From: Lama guanicoe
Lineage: Eukaryota
Length of the DNA: 64,000 bases
Direction of reading: 5' to 3'
NCBI GenBank assembly: GCA_013239625.1
Contig: MU053881.1
Span: 13,344,879-13,408,878, forward strand
Positions 1 to 13,234 of this stretch are shown one piece after another (the first letter of the stretch is position 1; the number at the start of each line of letters is the position of its first letter). A program made the translations under genes and the position numbers. Below the pieces are notes generated by a model. It saw only the letters and a list, made by a program, of their open reading frames with translations, was not told where the DNA came from and searched no databases.

Positions 1-481
1 AACTATTTTTTTTTGTTTTTGTTTTTGTAGATACCTTGGGTAATGTCTCCAAGGTCATCTGAAAGATGATTCAAATTTGAGAAAAATACAAAAAAAAAAA
101 AAAAACAATTTCCCAGGAGTCTGCCTTAGATAGACATAGCCAGGGTGCATATCACTTCCCACGAGCAGGCATTATTATTCCTAACCATCCACTCAGCTGT
201 GGCCTGCAAAATGTCACCAGCTCAAAGAGAAATCTCATCTCTCATATAATGCCAGAAAGATGAGTGTCTATATATATATTCCATTATCATCTTTTGTTGT
301 CCACAATGTGACATTTGGGGAAGATTCCGCAAAGAATATTATTTTGGAGGAGCTATTATTTGATATTGTATTTGTTTTATAAACCACTTCCTCACTAACA
401 AATCAGAGGAAGCGGAGGTAAAACTTCAAATCTTTTGAAGTCATCTTTTTAAATTAAATAAAATCTAAGCTTTGTACAAAA

Positions 482-1083
482 TGTTGATGGAAAAAATGTT
501 CACATATTGAGGTATAGGGAAGTCCCTCTGGCTCATACATGATGCTCACTAGCACAGCCTGTCTCGTGGCCTATCCAATGTGCCTTGTACACCGACTTTA
601 ACTGTAAAGAAAGTAAGGCACTTAAAAACCTAAATGGAGTAACTCTGGTTCAGGCATCCAAAATGGATATGGGTGGCCATCATGGATGTGGTTTCAGACG
701 CGTTCCTGCATCATTGAGACCTTGATTTTGCTGACCTTTATCAGACTCCAGGACACCACCAGCCATTCTCAAAACAGTTATCTCCTAGCACCTTCCAGCT
801 GCAACCTTATGGTCTCAAGGTCTCCTCAGGGAACTATGCAGCCATTTCGGACCCCAGCCAACCCTTGCTTAACAAGCACCCTAACTTCTTGCCAGCTCCA
901 GTTATGATTTTTGACAAGCAAGTTGTGGAATTTTATGGTTTTTGCCAACATAAGCCTCCTGTATTTTGTAGTCTGGCAGAGCACAACTCAAGCACTTCTC
1001 AGGATCAGACTCTAGTCCACAATGACGCTCAAATAAACCTCTTTCCCTATTAATAGGTTGTTTATTGATTATTTCCATCAACA
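482..1083 (+). mobile_element. Probable old solo LTR (family undetermined)
   Basis: About 600 bp bounded by TGTTGATGGAAA (482-493) and its exact reverse complement TTTCCATCAACA (1072-1083). TG...CA ends, and AATAAA near 1032, about 50 bp before the 3' end. No clear TSD. Confidence 0.45.
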
Positions 1084-2519
1084 GTATTTAAATAAGGAAA
1101 AGGTGGCAAAATCAGAATCACACTGTAATAGTTTAAAAATGAAAGAAAAATGCAACAAAAAAAGTCACCTAAACTGGATTGAAAGAGTATCTCCAGACAG
1201 CAAGTGCTTATGTACTAAGCGTGTCAAATTCTTCTCCTTTGATTCAACAGTCTAGAAGAATTGTAATTTAGATATCTTTGCAAATCATGTAACCCTGAGG
1301 GATGCTTGTAAATTCGAGTAAACACCTGGCTTCACTTTATTTGACTTCAGTTTTCCCATTTTGTTCAGTAAAATGACAGTGTTTTGCTTAACTATTTTCT
1401 GGGATGCTGTGAGGATAGTGTGGAATGAGAAACGTGAAATTTACTTTAAACATTTCGAGTCACGTGCAGATTTACAGTGCACAGGTGAAAAGGACAGAAA
1501 TGCATTGTCCCTCTAGCTCTAGAAATCAACCACTCATTTCTTCAACAGAATTGTAGTGGATGTCGATTCCATGTAAAGCTAACATTTTCCTTTCGAATAT
1601 TCTAAACTTTTGTGTTTTCTAAGACGCTACCTTTTTTTTTTTCCCAAAGGAAGAAGCAATCAAAAATATCATTGAGACAGGGCCAGATATTTTAACATCT
1701 GCTTCAGAGAATACTGAAATAGAAATAAGGAGACAGTGGTCATAGTTCTAGACCACTTAACTAACTCTTTGGACTTGTCTCCGCCTCTGAAATATGATTA
1801 GGTTGACCAGAAGACTGTATAAATCTCCTCCCCCTCCATCTTCCCCTTCACAAAACTGTTTTCACATTTTATGGTTCTGATTATTTCTCTGGAGATCATG
1901 TACTAGGCTGCAGAAATGGGAGCCCCAAGGCTCCTCTGGTGAATGTCAGTCACCACTGTTGCTCCCCGGTCAGTGAAAACACTTGCTTTTTGCTCATTCC
2001 TTTTGACCCTGCCGGTTCATCCTTAAATCAACTCAATCAGAGAAGACTGTCTTGAGGAACAGAATCCCACAGTTTCTCTTGGTCATTCGTTCTAAGGAGA
2101 AACAGCAGTCATTTGCAAAGAAGAGACCTTCTTATTCAGCAAAACTCACCTGTATTTCCTTTGATCAAATCTGTCTAATGACTTAGGTTAATATGACGAC
2201 TTTGCAGTCATTGTTGCAAGCTTTAAAAAGTATTTTGTATTGTTACATTCTTATCATTTTCTAGCTATGGTATTATTCTTACACCTACTGACTAATTTAA
2301 TAAATTTGCTTCTAAGTCGTATGTTCTCGCCCTTTAATCACTGTTACAGTTTTCGTGTGGGCTTTCCTTTAAGAACCACTTAGGAAGCATAATGTGGTAT
2401 AGCAGAATGAGACGGGGGCCATGCCTGGGGGCTAGTTTAAAACTGACCCTGATACTTCAAGCAGAAATGACTTCTTCCTACATGTCATCATGTAGCTCTC
2501 TTCCACTAACCGCATCATT

Positions 2520-2765
2520 ATTATGAATAGTAATCTCTCATATTTGTAACATAACTTTTACATGCCAGATACTCTGCTAAGCAGTTTACATGCATTTTTC
2601 TCAATTTCACTGTAGCTCATGAAGTAGATCCTCTGATTATCTCCAAATAGTACAAGAGAAAAGACAGAGAAAGGTCACCCTGTTAATAAGGGGTAAAACC
2701 AGCATTCAGAACCTCACAGTGTAGCTCCAGAACCCACCCCTTAAGCTCTGTGCTTTACCACACTG
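2520..2765 (-). mobile_element. MIR SINE remnant
   Basis: Degenerate antisense MIR pattern (catatttg...atgccagatactctgctaagcagtttacatgc...ggtcac...ctccagaacc). Boundaries approximate. Confidence 0.55.
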
Positions 2766-2799
2766 TTGCATTTTCACACACGTCTAGCTTGCCTGGTAC

Positions 2800-3010
2800 T
2801 AGTGTGTCATATGGTTGAGAGTACACTGTCTCTAGCTAGACTACCCAGGTTCGAATCCCAGCTCTGCCACTGCCTGGCTGTGTGACCTTGGGAAAATTAT
2901 TAAACTTCTCTGGGCCTTAATTATGTCCCATCTGCAAAATGGAGATAATGATAATACACACATCCTAGGACTGTCGTGAGGATTAAAACAATACAGTGCA
3001 CGTTAGCTAC
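2800..3010 (+). mobile_element. MIR SINE
   Basis: MIR core: ggttcgaatcccagctctgccact...gctgtgtgaccttggg...ttaaacttctctgggcct...catctgcaaaatggagataat...gtgaggattaaa. Confidence 0.85.
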
Positions 3011-5690
3011 TTACATCACTCAACCATGAGCTTCCTGAGGGCAGGAATCATGCATCCTTCATCTGTCCTCTTCAGGCCCAATCACAGTGTCAAACACCGT
3101 AAATGAGCACATAGTTGAAGGAATAAGTGAATAAATGAATAAATAACAGAGAATTGCATCCGATTTGAAAACTGAGTAGATTCATTCTTCTGTGTCCCTA
3201 TAACAGGTTTGCTCTGCTGGGTAACTAAGTGTCCTTCAAGCTAAGTCTCCAGTTCATGATCTTACCCCCAAAACTGATGGCAGAATCCAGTGATGGGACT
3301 GTCCCTCTGATGTGTTTGCACTTAATTAAAAAATCAAAGTGTTGGACGGGGCCCCCTGTTTTCCCTCCCCTGGCACTGACGTGATCTAGAGGCATTTGAC
3401 CTGAGAGAGGTGATTGGCAGTGTGTGTGAGCATTGTGTTCACATGTGTGCTGGTTGTAGGCAAGTGGGGAAACACTTTCTAGCCTTCTAGTCTGAATTGC
3501 TTCTCTCCCCACAGAGAATTTTAAGATGCTTCGTGTCTGATTATTCTCAATGTGTGTGCTCATCCCTGCCGCCATTCCTCGTCTGGTAGAAAACAGGGAG
3601 GTGATAGTATTCAGTGTCATTTATCTTAATGTTTTCAGGGCTCCAGAAGGAGATGTGAAATACGGGATTGAAGACTTTGCAAAAGATCTTTGTTTCTTCC
3701 CTTAGAAACCAAGATGGATTTTTGATGCGCTAAGGTGGGCCCGGAGGAAGTGTAGTTCAAGTGTTTTATTGTGGAGTTGAAAACATACGTTAAATTGAGC
3801 TCCCACATTTGAGAATTTGCTCATTATTTCCCTCACCTCTCCCCGTATCTTTTATGGGAATGACAAGGAAAAGCTCTTGTTTTGTACAAATTCACCGCTC
3901 TGGGCTGGAATGACGACTTTTAATGGACCAGCCAGCTTGGAGGTGGTGGGTTGGACCACTCTCTTTCACCCATTGCCCTTTTGTAGCTATGTACGTTTTC
4001 TGAGTAACAAGAGTGTAGGTAGGCTGAATCCTTAGGAAACCAGAGGTGAGAAAGGTCTCCAACTTCATCAGACCAAGTCACTGCTTTTTGTAGACATGGG
4101 AACTGGAACGTAAAGAGAGATGCGGGGATATGTCAAGGTCACTAGCGCTGGATGAGAAAGGAAGTACCCTTTCCACCCAGCAGCCTTTGTAGCTTGCATC
4201 TCCTTCTGTTACTGCGTGATGCTACCGCGCTTGAATTACCGCTTCCCTGACACCCTCCAATGTCCATTCTAATGACAGTGGAGGGAGAATTTCTTAAGGA
4301 AAATTTCTATGTCTATTATTCTGAATGCTCTGGGCTTAGAATAGTGAGTATTTGGCTCCCAACAAATACAGATTAACAGAATGAAAGTCAACCCTTGCAG
4401 CAATCCTTTTCTTGATTATCATAGGCTGGATTCATTTTTTTTTATTCATTAATTCCAAGTGTTTATTTAGTGCCTCCTCTGTTTCAGCGACTATAGTAAA
4501 TCATAGGCATGCAGAAGACAGGCACGGACTTGCCCTCACAAAAATGTTAATCACAGCACTTACAACCCAGTTTGATAATTACAGTTTATGTGTTTGTCTT
4601 CACTTAGACTTTAGATTTTATAAATGCAAGGTATCTCCCGTGTCTATCATTGACGCTAGTGGCTTGGGACAATAGCCAATTAATAGTAGCATTCAATTTT
4701 TAAAAAGTAAACACTGCTCATCTTCGTATCTTTTCCAAGACAAATTGTGAGGAAGAAAAATTTTCAGGATTTTCCATGTTCTAGGATATTTTTCAGGACA
4801 ATAACAAAAACTACTTCATACCATTTTAAGGATCTACTGCATAACACTTTGTTCAGTGTTCTATATGCTCCCATCTTTAATGCAAAATTATACACTCCCC
4901 ATTCTTAGAACAGAACAGAGTTTCTAACTGGATAAGTGACTTTCCCAAAGTCATAAGGCTTCTAAGACGCAGGACTAGGATTTGAGTCCACAGTTTTTTC
5001 TCACTGCAAAGCCTAAGCTCTTTCTACTATACCAGGGTGCATTTCTAAAGTAGGCAAAGCTGAGAAACAATCTTTTCCATTTTTCACAATAAGAAATAAA
5101 ATATTTCAACTTCTAGGGTAGCCATGGATGCTATAAAGTAAGGAAAAGGCAGATCCTGTTAAGCAGCAATTATCCAATAATCAGAGTAAGATATATTGAC
5201 CTATTACTTGAATTTAGAATAATCAGATTAGAATGATCATGGTCCTAATTATAAAGTTTGAAATCTAAGGAAGAAATTTTTCTGAGAAGAAGAGGAATTC
5301 TGTCCTTATTGATCACTAAATTGTCTTTTTTCTTTTTAGAAGTTACAAATCACAGTGAACCAACTAATTAAAAAATTTAAAGACAGCCATTAAATTATTG
5401 ACCCTTGCTAAGCTTTCAGTAACTGAACATAATTAAAACTACTGGGATCGAGGGGCTAAGGTTTCCTAATTTTTAGAATCCAAATTTTACTTATAATTAT
5501 CTGGCCCTGTGATCACATTTCAGTTAGTCACAACGGGATACTCTCACAACTAAATGTATCTTATTTCTTGAAAAAACTTCAAAAGTTTAAAATTTGGGGT
5601 CCAGCTGCTTGATAGTATCTGATCCAGTTCTGAGTGTTTCATTGGTAAAACAGTTACAACACCAAGAAGGATGGTGGTCCATCTACTTTT

Positions 5691-6133
5691 CTTCTGGTAT
5701 GTGTATATATATACATATATACATTTTTTTAATTGATGTATATAGTCAGTTTGCAATGTTGTGTCAATTTCTGGTGTACAGCATAATGCTTCAGTCATAC
5801 ATGAACATACATATATTTGTTTTCATATTCTTTTTCACCATAGATTACTACAAGATATTGAACATTGTTCCCTGTGCTATACAGTATGAACTTGTTGTTT
5901 ATCTATTTTATGTATAATAGTTAGTATCTGCAAATCTCGAACTCCTAATTTATCCCTTCCCATCCCCTTCCCCCAGTAACCATAAGACTGTTTACTGTGT
6001 CTGCCAGTCTGTTTCTGTTTTGTAGATGAGTTCCTAGTGTCCTTATTTTTTTTTATTCCACATGTGACTGATCTCATATGGTATTTTTCTTTCTCTTTCT
6101 GGCTTACTTCACTTAGAATGACAAGGTTGTCAT
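5691..6133 (-). mobile_element. 5'-truncated young L1 (cetartiodactyl/camelid-type 3' UTR) with 13-bp TSD
   Basis: Antisense L1 3' end (ttttttaattgatgtata...caatgttgtgtcaatttctggtgtacagcataat...ggcttacttcacttagaatgac). Identical TCCATCTACTTTT at 5678-5690 and 6134-6146, with a TT/AAAA endonuclease site on the minus strand. Confidence 0.9.
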
Positions 6134-6679
6134 TCCATCTACTTTTAATTCCAAAATAGAGTGATCGGTGTAGGTTTTAGTGGTGGAAGATCCCTGGCTA
6201 GAGTTACAAGTGAATTTGTAGGGGGAAAAAAGGCTTTTGGGCATCTTACAGGTAACGATTACTGCTAAAAATTTATCAAGTTTCATTGAATCATGACAAT
6301 AAGTGGGGCCTAGATGATGTTAATAGCTAACATTTATTAAAAGCTCTTTATGTGCCAGGAAGTACGTTAATAACCTACCTCTTTCTCTCCAAGGGGTCAT
6401 GTAGCTAAATAAGCGCTACCCTGATCACAGTAGAACCACTTCTTTATTTTGTAAACAAGCAGACAGACAAAAACTCAGAGACCAGAAAGCATTAAATGGC
6501 AAATTCAAGGTCACAGGTCTACGGAGTTTCCACTAGTTCCCAGCCCAGCTGTGCCCCAGTTCAGTGCAGTTGTGACTCTCTCCACTTGCGTTATGGAAGG
6601 ACTTAACTGAATTTGCACATTCTTACAAAAACTTTTCCAACTCCTTCTTCCATGTGTAAAGTAACCAAACAGCACTTAC

Positions 6680-6823
6680 CTGTGCTAGACTGGACAATTC
6701 CAGAGTCTACCGTTTGCCCAAGAAGGTCATACTGGTTTAGGCGCGACCCGTCCTCTGCTACGACCACGGAGCGCGCTGGTTCTCGGGTCCACTCGTAAAC
6801 GACTTCTGCCCTCGTGTAAGCAT
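6680..6823 (-). CDS. GABRA1: GABRA1 6th coding exon (exon 7; 144 nt): (Y)[47 protein letters not shown](G)
   Basis: Translation matches the alpha-1 extracellular domain. Acceptor ttctttccctttag|, donor |gtaagt. Phase 1 to phase 1, consistent with the preceding exon. Confidence 0.98.
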
Positions 6824-6974
6824 CTAAAGGGAAAGAATGGAAAGAGGTCCATGTCTTTTGCCACTTTGCTCTCCCCAGTTAGTTGATGTGTTCTATCAGC
6901 TTCATCCTTTCTGGGTCAGCCTAGGAAAGGGCAGCCCACATCGCTTCATGTAGGAAAGCTACAACACATTTTCC

Positions 6975-7500
6975 TCACTCATTCAGTTATCTGTTCACGC
7001 ATAACAAATGGTTATGAAGCAACTGCAAAGGACAGCGTGCCTTGCTGAAGACACAGGCATGAAGATAACGAGCACCTGATCTTGTGGAACATGCATTTCA
7101 GCAGTGGGGACAGAAACAGAGGCGCTAACTCATCCGTAAATCTCAGGGAGTGTTAAATGCAGTAAAGCCATACGCAGCAGGTATGGGGACGGAGAATGAA
7201 GGGGATGGGACCTAGTCTAGTTAGGGACTCAGAGAGGGTTACCGAGGAAATGCCGTTTATACAATGCATGACTGAAACCTATGAGCGAGCCAGCTAAGTC
7301 TTGGGGCAGAGTACGCCGGCGGGTGAGCTAACAAGTTCCTTCCTCTGGAGCAGATAAAAGCTTGACGTGTTTCAGGAAGAACAGGAAGACCCATGGGGCC
7401 AGAATGAAGACTTGAAATGAGGTTAGAGGTGGTAGCTTGGGACCAGCATCTGTTAGGCCAGGGGAAGGTCATTGATAAATGTGATAACACCTGACATTTT
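6975..7500 (-). mobile_element. L2 LINE remnant
   Basis: cactcattca...aacaaatggttat...gggactcagagagggtt...gtgtttcaggaagaaca...ggccagaatga, typical of an antisense L2 3' region. Boundaries approximate. Confidence 0.65.
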
Positions 7501-7969
7501 TCTGATCATCCATTTTTAACGAAAGTCTGATTTTACTTCCTTTTTCAACTAATTATCCTTCTCATAGGAGGAGGTGAGCCACACAGCTCCCTTTACACTT
7601 CTCAGTCATTCTCACTTGTCACGTCACATTTTAACCTCGTCGTCCTCCTGATGGGAAGGTTTGGTCATAATGCTGATCTTTAACTGAGGAAGGTTGGAGG
7701 AGGAGATATACAAAGTAAGAGAGGAGGAGAAGGTGAAAGAGAAGGAATTTGATAGCTTGTCTGATTTCCAGTCATGGAACACCCACTCCACTTAGCTTAT
7801 AATCATGGTCCCATATTCTCCTCCTTTTAGCTGTAGAGAGACATTAAACATTCAAGGAATATCACATTAGGAAAAAAAACCAAACTGTTTCCAGGGCTCT
7901 CGAGTAGAAGATATGACAGCGAAAGTGGGTTTTACTGTGAAAGCCTTACCCCCACCCCGACCAACTTCC

Positions 7970-8215
7970 CCATTAGGGACTGTGGGCACAGTGCCGAGGG
8001 CCTACACTGCTTTTAGGAGACACAAACGTGTACAGCCAGAAGAAGAAAAAATGAATATGCTCCAACTTGGATTCTATTCACCTTTACATTAACATAGTCA
8101 TAAAGTATAAAAATAGAAAATAAAAATTGAAATATGTTTTTAATATATATTTTTGGAGGAATGGCCCACAAAGGCAAAAGTCCCTAGGGTTCATAAAAGT
8201 CATAATGTGTCCCTG
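7970..8215. mobile_element. Probable hAT-Tip100-like (MER91-like) DNA transposon remnant
   Basis: gggcacagtgccgagggcctac...ggcccacaaaggcaaaagtccctagggttcat...ataatgtgtccctg. The right end ...ccctg is typical of Tip100-type TIRs. Confidence 0.45.
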
Positions 8216-8669
8216 CTTGACACAACCCCCCCCACCTCATAGTAACCTGGCTTGGGTATTTTGTCCAAATCTGTATTTGTCCTTGCTAAAATATTTTTGT
8301 GATGTCCAATAATGGTGGACTTTTTACACAAACATGACGCTGCCTAAAATGAGATGTGAGCTTTGGCCCCTCATTCTCCAAACTAAATTCTTTTCAGCGT
8401 GACCACTTGTGTCTGGGTTAGTGATGTGGAAAAATGTGGTCAGAATTCCCTAGATTTTTATGTGGGTGTCGAGTCTGCTGCAGCATCATTTCTGAACCAA
8501 CTTACAATCAGATGTCTTTTTAAATAATTTTTTCAGAAGTTTGAGAGAATATACTGGGAATTAATTTAGTGGCTATTGCTTCTTTCAGAAACGTGTAAGA
8601 GTGACAGTGGATAATTTTGGAGTTTATCTTCATTGCCTTTTTTTTTTAGATTGTGGTGGTCCTTATTGA

Positions 8670-8845
8670 CTTTTTTTTTTACTCGTCTTTTATTGATTGA
8701 TTTATTGTTTATTAGTTTATTTTCAGCTTTACTGAAGTATAATTGGCAAATACAAGTGTAAGATACTTAAAGAATACAATGTGAGGGTTTATTATACGTA
8801 TACGTTGTGAAGGGGTTTCTCCTGTTGAGTTAACACATCTCACTG
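8670..8845 (-). mobile_element. Short 5'-truncated L1MA-like 3' end
   Basis: T-rich tail followed by cagctttactgaagtataattggcaaata...tatacgttgtgaa...gagttaacacatc. A short repeat tgacttt flanks both sides. Confidence 0.7.
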
Positions 8846-10919
8846 ACTTTAAAAAAAAAAGTGAAGCATTTTAGCATTGTATATGGTGGCATGATTGCAT
8901 TTGTTAGGAAGATCTAAAAGTTTACTTTTTAAAAATATCCCTCTGAAGAGGACAGAGCACATGTTTGAAAAGTACCATACTGCTTAAAATTTGTAGGTAC
9001 CTGTATTCAGTAAAATGCTTTTCTGGTCATGAAAAACTCTTGTTTGTCGAATGGAAGGAACTTACCGAAGAGGACATACTGAGTTGGAGGTGACCTAGAA
9101 GCAGTGAATGTCAACGTGGAAGGACTTTGGAGTCACATAGTCTATCTCGTCTTACAAATGGCACCCTAAGGCACAGGAACATTAAATGACTTGTCTCAGG
9201 GTGCATAGTAACTTAGGGGGAAAACCGAGATAAGGGCATAGAATGCCATTCATTCTACCCCACTGCTGTTAGCAAGGATTTCCTAGGCAAAAACTGAATG
9301 TCATATGCTCAAAAGCCAAGCAAGGATAATTGGTGGTCACGTAACCAATGATGAAGCCAGTTCTAGACCTTCCTTGTGTCATTTCATAACAAATTAAAGC
9401 TCTTGCTACTTCATCGCACTGTCGTTAGCAGCAGTGCCAGGACCCTATCTTTTTTATACCTTGGCATGTGTTGCCAGTGGGCTGCTAATATAGCCGTAGA
9501 GGGAAAAGAAAAATGTGTTATCATCGACTTCTCATTTCATATAATTCAGTGTCTCATTTCTTGTAACTTCTTAGAAACTCCACTGTGTATGAAATCTACT
9601 AGAAAAAGGTCATTGTTGTGAAAGTGGAGATCACTCATTGTTTACGGCTCCCAGTAGAAATCTCTCAAAATGTGGAGTAAATTCACGTGATGAAAGTTGG
9701 TGTTTTAAACATAGAAGACAGATACACCTAAAGTCTCAAAGCAGAGCTCTGCCATAGGTGATATATCTTATTATTTCTTGGTTTCAGTATCTGGAAAGTA
9801 GGTCCTATGAAAACTTGATTGATTTGACCCTACTCAGCATAAAGAAAAGAAGGTCAAAAAGTGTTTTCAACTACTTCATCAAAAATGTTAAGCTCAGATT
9901 TCAAATAAATCAGTAAATTACCTAAGAAAAATTTTTAAAATGAGACAACATAAACTATCAGAAAAGCATCTGCAAATTAAGGCTGTCACTCCACTCTTAT
10001 GGGACTTCGCTTTTCCATTTGCGTGAGGCAGATACACTAGTTTTTTTTAATTATTCATTGTTCAGAATTCATTTAAATTTCTACCTATCCCTCTCTTCTT
10101 GCTTCCGACATTGCTTGATAATCAGTCAGGGAACGATCATTTATTAAGTCCTCACCAGATCTAGTACTTACCTAGATCTTACTGTCGGAATGTAATCTGA
10201 ATTAAACTCATATATGTGAATCTCATCCCATGCCACTGGCATATAATCTGAATCTCTTCTCCTAGAATCAAAGCTTTATTTTGTATATGTCTCAGAAAGC
10301 ATTAGGAGCTGGCAGCTGCATTACACACATTGTCTTCGAGTAATCTGGCCTTCTCCAGAGGGCTTTATCCCCAACAAGCAGGAAGTATGATAGAGCACTG
10401 ACAGTCAGAACCTAGTGGCGAGTGGTCAGGAAAACACCTGCTTTTCCAAGTTTGGTGCTTATTGACATCTGGATGAAGCTGCTTCAGACACTTGCTAAAC
10501 ATTTATTGCATAAGATTTTACTAAATGATTGCAAAATCATTGTGCTTATCTCTTCCTTATTCTTGTCTCTGATATTTGGGCAAGACGGCAGCTTTAAAAA
10601 AGGGTTGAAGCATTCGTAGCCCACTTTGGCCTCAGTTTCCTCATCTCTGAAATGCGCTTGTTAGGCCAGGTCAGAGAAATGACTAGCCAATGAAGGAACC
10701 CCGGCTGTTGCTTCTCATGGCCCTGGCAGGCCACAGGAGCGAGCCCTGGCGCCCTCCGCCCCGGGCACGTGCCGTCTGCGCCTGTTCTGCCATGTCAAGT
10801 GCTCTCTGTTGAAGTTTAACTCCTCACAGTTCTTAAACCCTTGTTTCTGAGGCCATTTTTCCTGAGACTTAAACACTGAAGGGCGTTTAAAACCTGATCA
10901 TTGTTGTCTTTATCCCTTT

Positions 10920-11275
10920 TATAAGTACTGATTGAGTGCCTGCGTTGTACTAGGCTCTGCACTAGGAAACGCAGAACAAAACAGACTGCTCTCACGGAGT
11001 TTTCAGTCTCCAGGTGAGAACAATGTGAACCAATAAACAAAACTAATAATTACTTCTGTGATGAATGGTATAAAATAAATATGTACTGTGATCAAGAGGA
11101 CCAATGGGACTATATGCAAATTTTGATAAGGTCTTCAGGGAAGGTCCCAGGAAATGATAGTTACGCTGAGATGTAGGAGGTAAATAAAACCAGCCCTGCT
11201 AAGGACCAAGGAGGTGAGAAACTCAGGCAGAGGAAAGAGCATATGCAAAGGCTCTGAGACAGAAAAGAGCTTACT
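10920..11275 (-). mobile_element. L2 LINE remnant
   Basis: attgagtgcctgcgttgtactaggctctgcactagg...tgctctcacggagttttcagtct...tcagggaagg...caggcagaggaaagagcatatgcaaaggctctgag. Confidence 0.75.
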
Positions 11276-11383
11276 TATAATTTTTTTTTAATTTCAGTTT
11301 TCTTATATGAGATGCTATTTGTTTTATGCTCACTATCCATCACCTCCTTCTTACAGTACCTTCAGTTTTCTTCTGGATGATAA

Positions 11384-11759
11384 TGTGCCTGGTTAAATAC
11401 ACTTTTCCCAGGCTCCTTTGTAGTTAGCGTTGGCCATGTGACACAGCTTTGACTAATGAGATGTGGGAAGATATCTGTTAGGATTTTAGGGAAAGATTTT
11501 ACTTTTTTGATACAAGCACTGCACCTTCTTGGCTCACTAATCCTCTTCATCTTGAAAGCAGAGGCAATGGCTGGAGTTGCAGCAGCCATTTTGTCATCAG
11601 GAAGACCTTCTAAAGATATCTTAAGACATCATCCTTGTTAAGATGCTGAAGTAACCAGCAGTCAGCCAACACTCACTCACCTTCAATATCTGGTATGAAA
11701 ATATAAACCCCTCTTTTCTTAAGCAAAGCTCACTGCTTAAAGCATTCCTGACTAATACA
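11384..11759 (+). mobile_element. MLT1-type (ERVL-MaLR) solo LTR
   Basis: tttcccaggctcctttgtagttag...ggccatgtgac...aatgagatg...atggctggagttgcagcagccattttg...ataaaccc...attcctgactaataca. Confidence 0.75.
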
Positions 11760-13138
11760 CTAAACATATAATTAACTGTCCAAAGCAAGATATCTTTGAA
11801 GGCAAAAGGGGGCACTGTTAGTAGTTATACCATAATATTAGGCATGAATCCATACTGTTTCAGACAGACCATGATGTGTGATATTCCTAACTATAAAGTT
11901 ATTTTGTGGATTAGATGAGCTGATGCATATACAGGTGTTTAATGCACTACCTGGTGTACAGGTATCACATAATACATAATGTTATTGTTAAAAATAGAAC
12001 TGGTAATCAGGAGAAAGTATAACAGTCCATGACATAGAACGTATATTAAATTGGGAAAAGACTAGGCAGGAGGGAGTTACCAGCAAAGGCCTGTTTAGCT
12101 GACAGTTTTTGAAGGCGTTTATCCTTGGGTCTCAGGATAGAATAGATTTATAAATAGAGAAAGTTGTCTCTCCATGGCCAGTGCTGCTGGGAGCCCAAGG
12201 GCCCTTTGCTATTTTCTTTGCTAGCTGTCTTCCTACACTACCACTATTTTCCTTCTGTGAATCATATCTCCACCAAAATAGTTGCTCAGATTGCCTGTCT
12301 AGTGAGAACTGAGAGCAGGTTAGGTTAGTCCAGAAGGTGACTCAGTCCCTACATGTAACTCCCCTGCAGGAAGCCAGGAATACATCACTCCTCCTCGCCT
12401 GATGCACGCATACTAATCAAAAGAGGAAAAGTAGAGCAAGCCCAGAGAACCTAACTCTGCTGGTCACTGTCCTCTGCTCTCCCCTCACGTGGGCCTGCAA
12501 ATAGTCTAGTAGAAACCCTAGAAGTTATCAGAAAGGGAGTATAGGGGTTTCACCGTCAAAAGCGTTCATACAGACATGAATTTCATGGGATGACCAAACA
12601 GATTTAGGACTATTTTAAGACTTTGACTCCTAAGAGCAAATTCTTTTCTGGCTTCGTCTTTATGTGTAGGCTTCATTATTAAGGGACCCTAATTCTTGTC
12701 CTTTGCCACCTACCAATATTTCCATCAGGTACGCACGTTGAATTATTCTTAAGATCAACCAGATGTCCGTAGTGATACAAAAGAAACACGATGATTTCCA
12801 CTTATTGGAGAAAAGATACTGTCTATGAGATATCTGCATCCATACTCCATTTGATTTTCTCTGACCACAGTTTCAACAAAAATAGAATTTTTCCACTAAA
12901 TAGTTAAATCCATTCTTGCTAGTCCAGGAGGTAGAGAATCACCCCTTACTGAAATAATTTTAAAAAGTGAAGTCAAAGATGATGACTTCTGGAAATCACT
13001 TGCAGCAAATCATTTTTTTAACTTTCTTGATGTTCTTTATCTGTCCTTCTAACATTTATAACTGATTGGAGGTCTCTTGCTTCAAGAGGCCTCTCATAAG
13101 AACACAAGAAAAGAATTTAACAAATTAAAATGAATTTA

Positions 13139-13234
<96 letters not shown>

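Noticed and set aside
2520..3010. Adjacent inverted MIR pair as a dsRNA/A-to-I editing substrate
   Set aside because: The copies are too diverged to see extended complementarity.
1..6679. Next GABRA1 exon (GEYVVMTTHFHLKRKIGYF..., TM1)
   Set aside because: Not found by eye on the minus strand. The intron most likely continues past the window edge, so this is not evidence of truncation or pseudogenisation.
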